A DNA stretch of 64,000 nucleotides from the NCBI GenBank assembly GCA_040954595.2, contig JBECUI020000024.1:310001-374000 (forward strand). Direction: 5' to 3'. The DNA is from Balanoglossus misakiensis. Taxonomy: Eukaryota > Animalia > Hemichordata. Below, piece by piece: positions 45,605 through 60,079 of the stretch. The notes beneath the pieces are model-generated. The model did not search any database. It was not told the origin of the DNA and saw nothing but the letters and a program-made list of their open reading frames with translations. Within the stretch, counting starts at the first letter, position 1, and each line of letters begins with the position of its first letter. The position numbers were made by a program, and so were the translations under genes.

Positions 45605-45969
45605 AGCCTCCAAAGCTGCCACTTTTTGCATTATTTTCATGATTTTATTTTCCAACTTAAATTGGTTCATCAAAATAAGCTTACTGATAGGTATACATAA
45701 ACATATTATCGATGCCCGATTGTGACTGCATGTTGCAATTGGAACATGCTATGTATTAAAACGGTGCCTCACCGATTTAATAAGCCTTCATACAAACAAT
45801 AGCAGCTAAGCAGCTATCGTGAAATGCGACGCCAAGTGATGACAAACCAATGCAAATGCAAGTAATATGGCTTAATGGTCACGGGTGAAGATTTTAGGGA
45901 ATAGGGAATATACATATGAAGTATTTTACTCTGGAAAAAAATATGCCAATTTTAGCAGCTATAGGGTTT
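45605..45969. mobile_element. Degenerate TTAA-flanked MITE (Kolobok-like); related copies at ~33175-33500 and ~52020-52340
   Basis: TTAA|AGCCTCCAAAGCTGC...GCAGCTATAGGGTTT|TTAA. The interior (AAATAAGCTTACTG.TAGGTATACAT, CAAGTAATATGGCTT) is shared with the other copies. Confidence 0.5.
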
Positions 45970-48900
45970 TTAAAGCGCGGGCGAAGTATGAACAGATGCA
46001 GTAAATATCGATACATTGTATTTTGGAGGTTTCTCATAACCATGATTGGTTGGCTAATTATGCGGCGTTTTCTAAATAAAAGGAACAATATTAATTTATT
46101 GTTGGGGCTCACCTCCGTTAACATATTGCCGTCTCTGCTGAGTGTTGGCCTCTTCCAGCGGCACGTGTTTGTCCTTTACGGCATGCTGTAAAATATTTAG
46201 AATAGCGCTGCCATTTGATCAAAGGATAAGCTGGCTTCGCGTCTTAGGGATGTGTGTCTGACGACTATGCCTCGAAGCAAAAGACACAGCCGACCCTGCC
46301 ACGCAGATTCATTTGTTGTGTCACACATTTTCGATCCAAGAAGAGAATATCAACCTTGACGTTGCGAAAATGACAAGAAACTTTCACTCATATAGGTTGT
46401 GTGATTACTTACCCGCAACTTGTTGGGAATTGCTGTCACCAGAGGTGCCCCAGCGTGAAAGCCAGAATGACTGCGACGCCTGCATTGGAGTTCGTCATGA
46501 ATGGAAACATCGATGAACACGTTCGGTCTTCGATGAGGCTAGTGTCCACAGAATAGGCATTCTTTTATAACGCAGCTGGGAGGTGGTAAATCCATTGTGA
46601 TCACCATGCTATTAGTAGCCCAAGCAGTCAAAATTTGCGAAAAATATATCAATATGGAAAAATATATCAATGGGATCAATAGTTATTAAGCACTTTTTAA
46701 AAACAAATGACACCGTAAGATCAATTATCTTGTTTTCCGCGACAAGTTTCAACATGGTATGTCAGCGCTACCAGTGAATAATATTATTAGAAACTATGAC
46801 AGCTGTAACCGTGCGATTAATGATTTGATCAATTTTAATCATATACTTGTAAATATTTGCGCGGGTGCAGGTTTAATAAACTGTGTTGATATATAGGTGG
46901 AAGACTGTTTAGTTTTCCAGTCAATTATGTGATGTATTACGCCTGACGCTTAAATGATTTGGTCCAGGGAGAATAACCGTGTTTGGCCGGTCAAGCGAAC
47001 CCTGGATCTTGCAGGCTCTGCCCACTTTCCAATCAACAACCATTGAGCATGCGCAGTTGATACTTCACATTGTAAACAAGATGGCGTCGCTGTATATGCT
47101 TCTGGACCGTTGTCGCCCGACTATGTCGGCAAAGAAGAGACGAATTTAACCAAGCAACGCCATATCGGAAGATAGAATGATCGCGAGATGAAACCGGGAT
47201 ATCGAACGATTTGGCAGCCATGTTGATTGATTGGTAAGTCGCCGAAGTAACTATTTGCCATTGATTTGTTTACCAGAAACGGTTTGCCTTTGGAACACAT
47301 TTGACCTCACCGAAATTGATTTCAGAGTTTTTTCCCAAGAACTAATGACGTTCGTTTTCACCTTTCTGTCCCGAAGTTGCAAACGTGTTGTCTCTGAGAA
47401 AATAAATGTGATTTGTACCCGCGATAATCATAGTTCGGATTTCAACCCACAACATCAACGCCAGCCATTCACCAACATGTGCCAGATAATGTTTATCAGT
47501 CATATTTTCTCAGTCTGAATTTACAAAAGACTAATTGTATTGTATGTACATTGCAATTTTAATATGTAACACGTTTGACCTGAGTGGGAGGATGGATTGA
47601 AGGGACACAAGCTTTTGTAGCCACTTATATTTTGACACTGTTTATATAAATGTTGAGCTGGCATATTTGTTCCCTTATGATGTAGTGTACCTGTTGCATT
47701 GAAATGAAGCTGTAATATTAAAGTGCAATTTAGTCCTTTGGTTTACTGGGAAAATGAGGTCAATAAATGACAGGTTTATTTAGATATATGATATATTTCT
47801 CACAAGCACTTATGCATATGTATGAGATACTTATTTATTTTTAATTTATGTATTTATTTTTAATTTATTTTGTACGTTCAGGTAATCATATGGATTTGTA
47901 TGGAATCACATACACATTAATTGAAGACTATCATATCACAGAAGTCGAGCCTCCACATGTGTAAGGTAACCATTTAGGTTTCATGACTAAGTTTGTTTAA
48001 GAATTCATAAAGCACGAATTCTACCTAATGAATGAATTTTCTTAGAATTTCACAACTGTGACAGGGTTTGCAGTTATGCGAAAAAGTGTTATTATTCACA
48101 TACGAAACTTTTCGTATACATTTTTCTGATGGCAATGCATTTAACTTTGAACAAATATTGACGTCAGTTAGTAGTGTTATTTTGTCAGTGATATTGCTTC
48201 ATCATCATCCCTCCAACCAAAGTTGAAACTGAGTTGCAAATATTGCACAGCTTGAAATCATAAAATGTTGCAAAATTGAACCAACCGTTCGGTCAACGAT
48301 TATGTTCTTACAGCTATTATTAGAAGCAGACAGTCTCAGGGAACAAGATACATGGGCCTGATTTGCAAACTGAGTTGGAACTAACCTTGCCTGCCCATAG
48401 ATGCGCCAATTCAGTGAATCTTATCGTATTAAAAATGAATATGGAGAACTATTCTCTGTGTTGTGATTGTTAGCCTACATGTATACATATGTACCTTGAG
48501 TGATTCCACTTTCTTCAGTGTCCTGTGAATTCAGTTGCCATAACTTGCGCTTCACATAGCGCATACATGTAGGTCTAATCAATTTGGCAACTGGGTCTTA
48601 CAATATTATCTGATGCCTCTTACTGGCCGAAGGACCACAAGTTGCATTTTCACATCGCATATAAATAGAAAACCCATTAATTTCTACTGTATGATTTTAT
48701 TGACGATTCAATAGTTTCATGACTGTTAGTGTTAATTACAATACCTAAATTTCCAAATGAAAGCATGCTGTCAGTTTTCATGTGATTGATATTAATTTTA
48801 CAATTTCAAAATATGCTTAGCTCTGAATGATTATGAACATATCAAACTTCATGTTAAATAAACTGTCTTGATATTGTATACATTAAGGCCTACTACCAGT

Positions 48901-51900
48901 GTCACAACATTGATTTCCTGCATTTTTACTCATGCCTTCTGACCAGTCAGTTGCCTCTGTATGTGTGTATGTAGTATGTATGGATGTATGTATGTCTGTC
49001 CACATCAAAAACTTGAAAACCCCTTCGCGTATCCCCTTGATGTTTGGTGTGTAGATGCAGGCCAGCCTGTAAATAGGATTTTGTTCATATTAAGAAGGTT
49101 GAAGTATTTTCATGATAGGTTTTATTTGATTACTCCAGAAACATACAATACAGAGTCTGTGTGGTAAGTCTTGATATTGGGTTTTTAGATGCAGGCACGC
49201 CTGTTCAAATGAAATATGCTAATTACCTGGAGCAATGTGAAATTGATCAAAACTCAGAAACTCAACAACTGGTCAGATTGCTTTGAACATTTGTATGCAT
49301 GTAGCTTATGTCACGCCTGATATACTTTCAGCTAATATCGTGAATTGTATCTAGAATTTAGTATGCTATTTCCTATAGGTAATCTTTGTTAGTATTGTTT
49401 AAATTGTGGCAAAATTTGTAATTTTTGGGAAATATAATTTTGTCATTTTTGGTCAAAAATCATTTTCTCTGAAACTCCATGTCAGGTCAGGTTGCATTTA
49501 AATTTTGGTTTGCTTGTTCCATGAGGTAACCCAAGTAATGTTGTATATCATTTTGGTGAAATTTGCATATTTGTGGTCTTGAGGCAATTTTTGCAATTTG
49601 TATTCTTTGAAACCGCATGTCAGATTGCTTTCAATTTTGGTAGGCATGTTCCTTGTGGTGATTGAAGTGAGATATTGTTGGATTTGTTGATATCTGAATT
49701 TTTGTGGTTGAGGCAGTTTTTGTCATTGTTGAAGAAATGTTGTTTTCACTGAAAATACTCCGATTCCTGTGAAATTGTATTAGGTTACCTGGTAGGTCAT
49801 ATCTGCTTGGCAATGTCACAGCGGTGTACACACCTATTTTTGTGTAATCCAAAGTGTGTAATAACCTAGCAAATATTTACTAGTAAATCATGTATGTTCT
49901 ACTTCTTACAAGGTTGAAGTATGTTGATGTCTGGGTTAAATGGGATTCTTCAGAAACATACAATACAGAGTCTGTGGTACAGTTCATGGTCACATTCGAT
50001 TACCTAGTCTATATCCAGCCGTGTTCTGTCCGCTTTGCTTCCAAAAGTATCGTCTAGTGTCATGCATGCCACTTGCCCAATAATCTGACACCCCTTGCTG
50101 GGAAATTTGATGTAACAAGTGTCCCTTAGTGAAGTTATTAACATAAACTGAACAATGTTGATTTGGCGTAAGATTATAGTGAAGGCAGGGCTTATTACAT
50201 TGAAAATGCTATCCAGCCTTAATTACACATTATGAATATCCTTTGTCCAATCATTGGAAAAACAATGTACCATAGACTTGCATAGCACTTTGAAGGTGAA
50301 TCGCAAGTGGTCACTTTAATTACATTACCTCAAGCAGTCTTTTACATGTAGCTATAATAAGACAAACATTCCCGGTGTAATTAACATCACTAGTCTGTTG
50401 TTATTAGTATCTATCTCCGATAAGTATCAAGTCTGCCTTATGTTATTTTAAGTCAATTGTCAGGTTCATGTACATATTTTACAACTTATCTATCTTGTCA
50501 AAAACTTTCGCATGTACCTAATTCTAGGCTTACCAGTAGGGTTATAGATACAGTGTATTATATTAACATGCATTAATATGAAACTAAATGTTGATGGTTA
50601 ATTAAAGACCCCCTTGAGCTATGGTAACCTCATTAAATATGTGCATATGTTATTCTAGTGGATGTGGTAACCTGGACATGGACAACTCTGGGGTCAAAAT
50701 CTTTTGACAAACTTTTGGGTGATCTTGGGTAAACTTTGACCTACATTCCTATATCTTGGCATCCGGCACAGATACATCCTTGACACTTGGAGTGATGGAA
50801 CTATGTAATGGAATATTATGTCTTGCCTCATTAATTATGTACATACCTAATGCCAGCCTAACCAATAGGGCTGGAAGTCTGCCTTTTTTGGACATGATAA
50901 ATTTGAGATCAACATTTTTCTACAGCAGCCAGCCTTCTCTTAAAAAGAATGGACAATATAAAGGCTTTGCTGGTATACTGAACTTTTGACTCCCTCCCTG
51001 AGACTGTGTGCCAATGACGGGATAGCCTACTCAGCGTTGGGTAGATCCTAAGAAGGCCTCAGCCAGGCATCAGATACAAAAAGCGGAAATCCAAGCTTTA
51101 ATGGTGGGTTACATCGTTAACTTCCCTGCAGAGCTGATTTCTCAGACTGTGAGCCAATGACGGGTAAAGCCCCTAGGTAGGGGCCACCTAAGACAGGCCG
51201 GTCATGCTTTAGTCACAAAGAAGGGCAAGTTCAGTCATACCATAACTTTGTCTGCTGTATATGCTTCATAATGATTGCATGGTATTTTGAGAATACATTG
51301 TCTTAAGGCAGTGTGACCAGCTAAAAAGTACTGGCAAACACAGCCAATGTGTAATAAAAAACATCTCATGTGGCTAAATAAAAGACATAAAACACAGCAA
51401 AAGCACTGTGACTAGCTGAGACATAATACTCCATTATGCATTTCCATCACTCCAAGTGTCAAGGTTGCATCTGCTCTGGATGCCAAGATATAGTAATGTT
51501 GGTCAAGGTTTACCCAAAGTCACCCAAAGTTCTGTCAAACAATTTTGACCCCAATGTTGTCCATGTTTAGGTTTCTCCCTCCACTGGATAGCCTACAATT
51601 AGATATGCAAATATTTAATGACGTTACCATAGATTAAGGCGGTCCTAAATAACCATGAAATTATAGTTTCATGTTAATTCTTGTTATTACAAAACACTGT
51701 ATCTATAACCCTTCTGGAAGCCATACTTTGTTTCATGCTACCCAATATGTGAAAGTAGGTAAAAAATCAGCCAAGGTTATTTGAAAATTTGCTGAAAAAA
51801 ATCCGGTCCCTGACATTTGGTAAAGGGGTCAAGACACTTGGCAACAAATTTTTGTCCCAGATTAGAACATATTCATAAAAAACTCAGGGAAAGAAGGAAG

Positions 51901-52480
51901 TTTTTCACAGCTTTGGTGCTTCAAATAGTAGAGAGGTTCCCAAGTTATTTCAATGAAACCTTAATGTCAACATTACATCGTTAGACTCGAACTCATCTGG
52001 CATAAAGCTGCTAGTTAAAGCCCTAAGGGTTGTGCCACTTTTTCATTATTTTCATCTAAGATTTGTCAATCTAAATAAGCTTACTGCTAGGTATACATCT
52101 ACATGAACATCTTGTTGACAGACGATTGTGGCTGTAATTTAAAGAAGTCAGATATTTAACAGGTACCACACCTGTTTAATCTGCCTCTATACAAAGGGTA
52201 CACATCTCTGGTGGTATGCATCACCTAGATATGACAAACATAAGCACTACAAGTAATATGGCTTTATGGTGGCGATTTTGAAGGATGTGGAGAAGATTTG
52301 AAAAACACTCTTGAGGAAAAAGATGTGTTAAATCTTTGAAATGTGTTTTATTCTTTGGTTCCCATTTCGTATATGTCTATCTACCACTGGGACCAATGTG
52401 AAATTGGTGGAAACTGGTCAAATTGCTTTAGAAATTGGTGTGTATTCATTTTGAGACCTCATGGATTTTTTTTCATTTTT

Positions 52481-54835
52481 AGCTCACGTGAAAATCACGT
52501 GAGCTTATGGTTTAGCGATGTCTGTGTGTGTGTGTGTATGTATGTATGTGTGTGTGTGTGTCTGTCTGTATACCCGATATCTCAAGAACCGCTGAACCGA
52601 TTTCAACCAAATTTAGTACACAGGTTCAGATATCATATGGCAAGAACTGAAAAGGTTTTGGTGGGTGTGGCTTTGATATTAATGAAGTTATTTAAGTTTT
52701 AATTTTTCTATTACATGGTTGTCTATGTGAGCTTTCGTTAATGTCGCATATATGACCAGTGGAAACGATAGTTTGAGGAGATCGACTGTTTGAGGGCGCT
52801 GTGAAATGAGACATTCCTGGCGATATTGCCGTTGTTCTGTCCATGCTCAGACGATGTACCCGTCGTTACGAATAACTTCCCTACGTGAATCCAAAAGGAA
52901 GCTAACGTTGTTTAGTTGCTTCATAGAGCGTAAATTGTTAATCTACAGGACCGTCAGACGAATACTCTTTTCAAATGAAGTTTGAAACTACTTACGAGTA
53001 AGTTAGTGGAGACAATATGGCGGATAGTTGGCGTGCAGCCGAATCCGCGTTATGACTATGACGTGACCCATTCATCAAGACAAACCGTAAATGATTCACG
53101 CATATTGTGGTCCTCACGCAGTCAATCTCAAAATGTCACCAGGCTTTCTATTTGTCTATTGTTCAGAGAAAAACAACGTGGCGGTTGATCACACTCAACA
53201 GTTAAATCCGTTTTGTGAGTTTATAGACAGTCTGTTATCGCCAATACTATATAGCGATTGCTAGATGGCTTACCCAATATGTGATCGAGCGAGAATGATA
53301 ACATTGAATGTCTGTTCAGATCTCATTCCGTACGTCATACGTCAACATTTCGATTTCGATTTAATCCATTCATAAAGAATTTAGAGAAAGTCGTCTTGAA
53401 TTGTGACCCCGACTATCAATTTTACGATGATTTTTTGGCGACGGAATACACGAGACGCCATTGCATAACTACGTCAGCTGGACTTCCAAGGTTACCATTT
53501 TGTGTGTATGGAATCTTATCGCAGAGACTACGTACTTTGACAATATGCCATGCTATATCAATGACGCCCCAGAAAATTTGTCGAAGAATGAATTTGTCTT
53601 CTCATGGTGGTGCAATATATTTTAATGTCTATTTTGAGGTTGATTTTGGTTTTTGGCTAACATGTATATCAATGTCAGCTTATAGCATAAGTTGGTGTCC
53701 GTCGTCTATGTATGTCTGTATGTGTGCCTCATACAGAATTATGTATTTTGCGAATGGATCAGTTTCGTCTAAATGTATTGATGTATGTATGTGTATGTCC
53801 ATCAACATCAAAAACTTGAAACTACTGATATTTAGTGTGTACATAGAAATTGTTATTGCGAAAAAATGCATACTGGTATTAATAACTCGAAAAATGTTCA
53901 AATAGTCAAAATTGAAAAACTTAATAACAGCGGATCAGATTCAGTTAAAAATTGGCGTGCATTGGTGTGCAAGTACTATGGGAAGACCTCGTATGATTTT
54001 GTTCAGGTGGAGTCAGTATCTGGCGTTTGCTATTTTTTATGAATTTTTTGGGAGAATTTTCTGTAGTTTTGTTAAAAAAATTTCTTCTCTGAAATTACAT
54101 GTCCAATTGATTGGAAACTTGGTATGGAGGTTCATAGGGCTTACCTGAATCACATTTGTGCAAACGGTGGTGAAATTTGCAAAAATGCATTTTTGGGCAA
54201 TATTTCCTGTTTTTGTCAAAAAATCAAATCCTGTGAAACTGTAAGTGCAATTGTTTTGATACTTTGTATTTGGGTTTCTAGGGGTGATCTCAGTCAGATA
54301 TGATCAAATTGTAAAGAAATTTGCCTAACTGTATTTTTTGGGAATTCTGCAGGGTTTGGCCAAATAGTCTTCAGTAAAACCACAAGTCCAATTGATTGGA
54401 AACTTTGAATGGGAATTCATATCTGTGATATCAGTCAGATTTGTCTGAATTACCTGTTGTTTGCCAAAATGTCTTCCTTATTGAAACTTGTTAAAGAGGT
54501 TCTTAGGCATGAACAGAAATCAGATTTGTTGAAATCTGGTGAAATATTCATACTTTTTGGTATATTTCTTGCCATTTTTGATCAACGAGTTTTAGAATTC
54601 CATAGACTTATCTTTTTATGCAGTTCAGGATGGGGTACATGACTCATAACCCCTTACAAAAATTGACAAGGCAACAATTCCACAAACATGTTTACATTTC
54701 ACAATGGTGCAACACACAACCCTTACACCATATACACTATAAACCAAATTGGTTTAACACTGGTTTTTCTAATCTTGTTATTCTGTCAACCAATCACAGT
54801 ACTGCACGTGAGCATATTCAGTTAATATCTGGTTT
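52481..54835 (+). mobile_element. Non-autonomous Helentron-type element (HINE)
   Basis: Absent from the left arm (empty site TTTCATTTTT|GAAGTATAT). 5' end AGCTCACGTG-AAAAT-CACGTGAGCT followed by a (TG)/(TATG) microsatellite; 3' subTIR CACGTGAGC at ~54806. Inserted in a T-run with no TSD. Confidence 0.8.
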
Positions 54836-56468
54836 GAAGTATATTTTTGGGGTGATTTTGGTCAAATACTCAAAAACCTCTACTCACAGTTCTTTGAAAT
54901 TTGGTTTGCAGGTTCCTAGGTGTGTTATCACGACATTTTAACAAATCCTATGATGGAAGTGTCAATATAGTTTTTGTGGACAATTTTTGCCATTTTTGTT
55001 TGATTGCTTTGCAATTTTTTGTTTTGCAGTTTCCAGGGGATTTTTTTACTGTGATATATCATAAATGTTCTGAAAATGAAAAAATTGTATTTTGGGGGCA
55101 TAAAAAAAATTCTCAGAAAGTGCATGGTTGATCACTTTAAAAGTTTAGTTGTGAGTTAATGATATGTGCTTCTTTAGAATGATAATTGAATCAAATCATA
55201 GCTGAATTAGTTTTTTTGTTTATTTTGTTAGATATTTTTTCCGTATACCTCAAAAATTGTTATTATAAAAGAGAAATTACCATTACATAGTAGTTTGCAA
55301 TTAAGGAGGACCCCCTCCCCCACTGAAAATCGTATACACCTTGATCTCTCTATGTCTGTATTCATGTCTGTATGTATGTTTTACAAATGTATGCTCCCAA
55401 TAAGAGTGAAATGATTTTTTTTATCGTAATACTTCTAAAGTGATTATTTCCTATGAGATATGCAGTCTTATTACCTAATCGTTTCTAAAATTCTACCTCA
55501 TGCTGTGTATGAAAAGTCTAATATATGTCATTGTCAAGATCCCCAAAACAGGCTGATATAGTATCACATAACATTTGATAAAAGTATCCCAAACAGTTTG
55601 GCCATGTCTTCATAACACAAAATGTGAGTGATATACTACTTGAATATTTTTGTCATGTTTTCCACTATAATAGTACTGTTTCTGTAGATATCAGATGTTT
55701 TATGTTATTTAAATAACCGTGATAGACAACACATTTTAATGTAAGCCATCATGTGCAAATGTGATAGCCATGGCCGTGTAAGATACACTCCCCAATTTCA
55801 CGAAATTCACACATGTGCTTTACCATTGTTATGCTATGTGTTGAACTGGCACACTGCAAATTTTGAAACTATGATATTGATCACAATCACACGCACACTC
55901 ACAGCATCCTTTTTTGGAATAGAGGTACTAACACTATCAATTATTATTATACTTTTGAATCCCCAATAAAGAATATATAGAATTTAACAGGATTTATATT
56001 TGCACGCAAAGTATAAAATTCCCTTGTGCCGTAGAAATGAAAATCTGCAACTGGTGGTCCTTCTGCCAGTAAGAAGCATCAGAAAAATTCTGCATGCTCA
56101 TCGTCCAGACAATTTTGGTATACAGAAAAAAAAACACTAGAATGACAACAGCTACATGTATGTAGGCTAGCAATAGGAACACAGATAACAATTCTCCATA
56201 TTCATTTTTAAATACGATAAGATTCGCTGAAATTGGCACATCTGTGTGCAGGCAAAGTCAGTTCCAACTCGGCTTGCAAATCGGACCAATGTCTCTTGTT
56301 CGCTGAGACTGTATGGTTCTAGTAATAGCTGTAAGAACTTGATCATTGACCAAACTCTTGGTTCAATTTTGCAACATTTTATGATTTCAAGCTGTACATA
56401 TTTAACTCCGTTTCAACTATGGTTGGAGGGATAATAATGGAGCCATTTCACTGACAAAATAGCGCTTA

Positions 56469-57290
56469 GGGACCATTCAGTTTTTACGGTGGGGGGAGGC
56501 TGGCAAAATCCAGGGGGTCACTTAAATTTTGAAATCCAAAAGAGGGAGTCATCTTTTTTTCAAACGTTTAGGGGGGAGGTCATATACATGTACCCACCGA
56601 TGCTAACTTTGAGTGGAGTGGCAACAGTAAAATTGGTCCTTTCAAACATTGAGATAATTTGCTTTTGACTTCATTAAAATGTAACTTTGAGCTACATATT
56701 TTACAAAGTTTTCTTATGTGGAAGGGGGACATCCCCTCCCACACCCATCCCCTTATTTCTTCGCCACATATAGTGTACCAGGGCAGAATACTTGCCATTC
56801 CACCCCCACTGATGTTAACTTTGAGTGGCAAAAGTCAAATTTGTCCTCCCCAACATTAAGTTAATTTGCCTATGAGTTCATTAAAATGCATTAATTGTAT
56901 TTTACAAAATTGTCCTACGTACACCCACCCCTTCCACTTTTCTTGTTTTACCAATTCTACCAACTATTGTATTGACGTGTCCTTTTAATTTATCCATAGA
57001 CTTCTTTATTGCAACGCTATACTATTATACACTTCAAATTATAAATTTCTTTAAGAAATTTAGAATTGAGGTGTGAGGAGACCCTTTACCTTTATTGCAT
57101 ACAGTCAGTGTACATAAGATAAGGATGGCGAATGTTTTCAGGGTGGGAGGAGGGTCATCATATTTTGGTCCTGTCAAAGGGGGGGGGGGTCATCATTTTT
57201 TTGGTCCTGGTTGAAGGGGGTGTCGGCCTGATTTTGAAAACCAATGACACAAACTTTTGCCCCCCCCCTCCACCAAAACTGAACAGTCCC
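56469..57290. mobile_element. MITE with short TIRs and TTA duplication (PIF/Harbinger-like)
   Basis: TTA|GGGACCATTCAGTTTT...AAAACTGAACAGTCCC|TTA; absent from the homologous left-arm site (~31885). Confidence 0.8.
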
Positions 57291-60079
57291 TTACTAAAGG
57301 ACGTCAATGTCTGTTTACAGTCAAATGCATTGCCATCAGAAAAAAAATGCAAACAATTTCTTATGTTTGTAGTACACACTTTTTGTATATCTGTAAACTG
57401 TGTCTCAGCTGTGAAATTCTAAGGAAATTTGTTCCTTGGGTAGAATAAAGGATTCTTAAACAAACTTAGTCACGAAAGCTAAATGGTTACCTCAGAGAAA
57501 CTGTGTTAAATTTGGTCATCATTGTTTTAAATCACACAAGACATTCCCACAGCTAAGTTACTGCAGCAGTCAGTTTCAACTCAGCTTGCAAATTGGGATC
57601 ATGTCTTGTGTTCATCGAGACTGTCTGTAGTCGAGTTGACAGTCACTACAACTGTATTGCAAATATGGCAGGGTTGGGCAACTCTTCTAATTTGCATTTG
57701 AACACCTTTTCTGTTTGCGTCAAAATGATGAATAATGTTTCGTTTTCAAGAATGCCTTAATATGGGCACCCAATACAAGACAACTGCATTGCAAATGGCA
57801 TTTTCATTCAACTCTCCTGGGTACCTAAAACAATTTCAACATGGTTGACATGGCAATATTAGACAACTGTTCTAATTTGCATAATCCAAAATGGCCGCCA
57901 AATTTCTCTAACATGTTAATTTCCCATATTTGTTTTAAATGGTGTGTAATATCGAATTTGCAGGGTTTCCATTAATATGGGTACCTAAAACAATTTCAAC
58001 ATGGTTGACATGGCAATATTAGACAACTGCTCTAATTTGCATAATTCAAACACCTGCTGGATAATTTGACTTTTGCCATTCTTGTCCCATGATTGTATGT
58101 ATTATATCTCATAACAGGCAATTAAGTGTGCTAATTGTCAAGCCAATCTTAATTCTTCATCTGCACCACAAATCAGATGCAAGGTTTAGGACTGGGAGTG
58201 TATGTGGGAGCAGCATATAGGGGCCTACAGGTATCTTTAATGGCAAGTCCTCGGTTAAAGCCAGAAGGTTTTCAGGTTGTAGGCCTCTATTGTATCTGCA
58301 ACAGTTTCTATCACCTCCATCCCACTGGCCGGCACCCGAGGGGGGGGGGGGGTACTTGAAATTTTTTCGGATGGTAGTCTGTCGCCCCAGTCGATAACAT
58401 CAACACGTGTAAATGCCCAAAACCCGACCTATTTGTATTATAAGTCAAATTTTCTGGTTATTTACCCCAAGTTTTTCTTAAAGACTACATACCTATACAC
58501 CTTTGTATGGGAGAACACATCCCCCACCCCCCTGCCAACACTAATTGGACAACTTTATTCTTGTTATACTTCTTTATAAGTCTAAATGTTCAGTAAGAAA
58601 AGGCAACAAGTTATTGAAGCTGCTGACCATGGAAACTATGATGAAGTATATTTTTTTCCTAGCTGTACATGTACAGTATAATTGGCCCAATGTACCAATT
58701 GGAGATGTGTGCCTTACAAGCAACACAGGTTGTATATCCAAGCCTTGTCTGTTGGCACTATGAAGGGTATTGGAAGAATGTCTCTGCTGGCCACTTTGGC
58801 CAGCCACTTTTGGCCAGCAGACTATCAAAAGGGTCAAGAAAATAGCCCTAAAAGGTATGGCGCTGTATGCAAATCTAGTGCAGGAGTGGATTGATACATT
58901 TCCCATCACTGTACATGCATCATCCTGTATGGATGATATGTACTCTAGCATTATGCACCAGATAAAAATGGTCAAAATTGCAAAAAAAGGAGATGAAACT
59001 CCCACTGGCCTTTAACGCAATCCATAGATAAAGAGACAACATGTTCAGGCATTGGATCTAAACATGGTGGATACTGACGAGGGTGTGGTGAATGATGGTG
59101 AATCCCTGGATGTTTTGAGGTCGGAATTCTGAAAAGGATTCCCATCGTGAGATTGAGGAACAGGATGATGCAGAGGGGCTGGCTCTTTGTGACTCCTATC
59201 AGTGGGGATAGACATATATTTGGGATACAGAGGTTGCACTTCCTTGCTTCATGATTAGTACGGTAACACTGCCAAATTTGCAACACAGTTGTATTGTTAA
59301 AGGTACCCATATGAATGTGCTAATCCTGAAAATACGATATTGCGCATCATTTTGGGAAACATGGCAAAATTTCACTTTTAGTGGTGATTGGCGGCCATTT
59401 TTGATTATGCAAAATAGAAAAGTTGCCAAACACTGCCATATTTGCAATACATAACCAATATGGATGCAAATCCTGAAATTTTAGATATTACACATAATTT
59501 TGAGAAAAAAGGGCCAAGTTTTATTTTAGAGAAGGTATTTGGCGGCCATTTTTGATCATGCATATTAGAAGAATTGTCCAACATTGCCATTTTGGCAACT
59601 CAGCTGGAATAGGTCTAGGCTCCCATATGAATGCCAATAAGCAAAAAACTTCATAGGAAAGAAAATTTCTTGGTAGGAAAATTTTGACTCAACTTCTGGT
59701 TCTAATAATAGGTGTAAGGATGTGATCGTTTGATTTTGCAACATTTTACAATTTCAAGCTGTGTGTATTTAACTCTGGTGCAATTCTGGTTGGAGAGACA
59801 AATGGCTTAAGCCATTTAATTGAAAATATAGCACAACTTCACCAGGGTTGTGCAGTACCTTTGACAACGCTTTGAACAATGTTGCAAAAAGCTTTGTGTT
59901 GAAGCTTGCTACAAGACTTGGCGTGCTGAAGCCTCTTATACTAGTCTTAGTTGAACCTCAGCTGTAACTACGTTTGTGAAACCTTAACATTCAAATCTTT
60001 GGCCTAAGTTAGGGTTGCAAAGCTTCTTCAAAGTTTTGTGAACCTCAACAATGCTTTTCTATAGAAACCTTTAAACATG

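Larger units (their letters stand above)
47042..58725 (-). repeat. Right arm of the giant inverted repeat, expanded by insertions
   Basis: Reverse complement of 30020-38688, plus arm-specific segments at ~47365-47578, 52481-54835, ~55140-55920 and 56469-57290. Confidence 0.9.

Noticed and set aside
59250-59705. Academ-like non-autonomous element
   Set aside because: It has GGCGGCCATTTT/TATGCAAA repeats related to the 160-bp array, but matching TIRs and a TSD could not be established.
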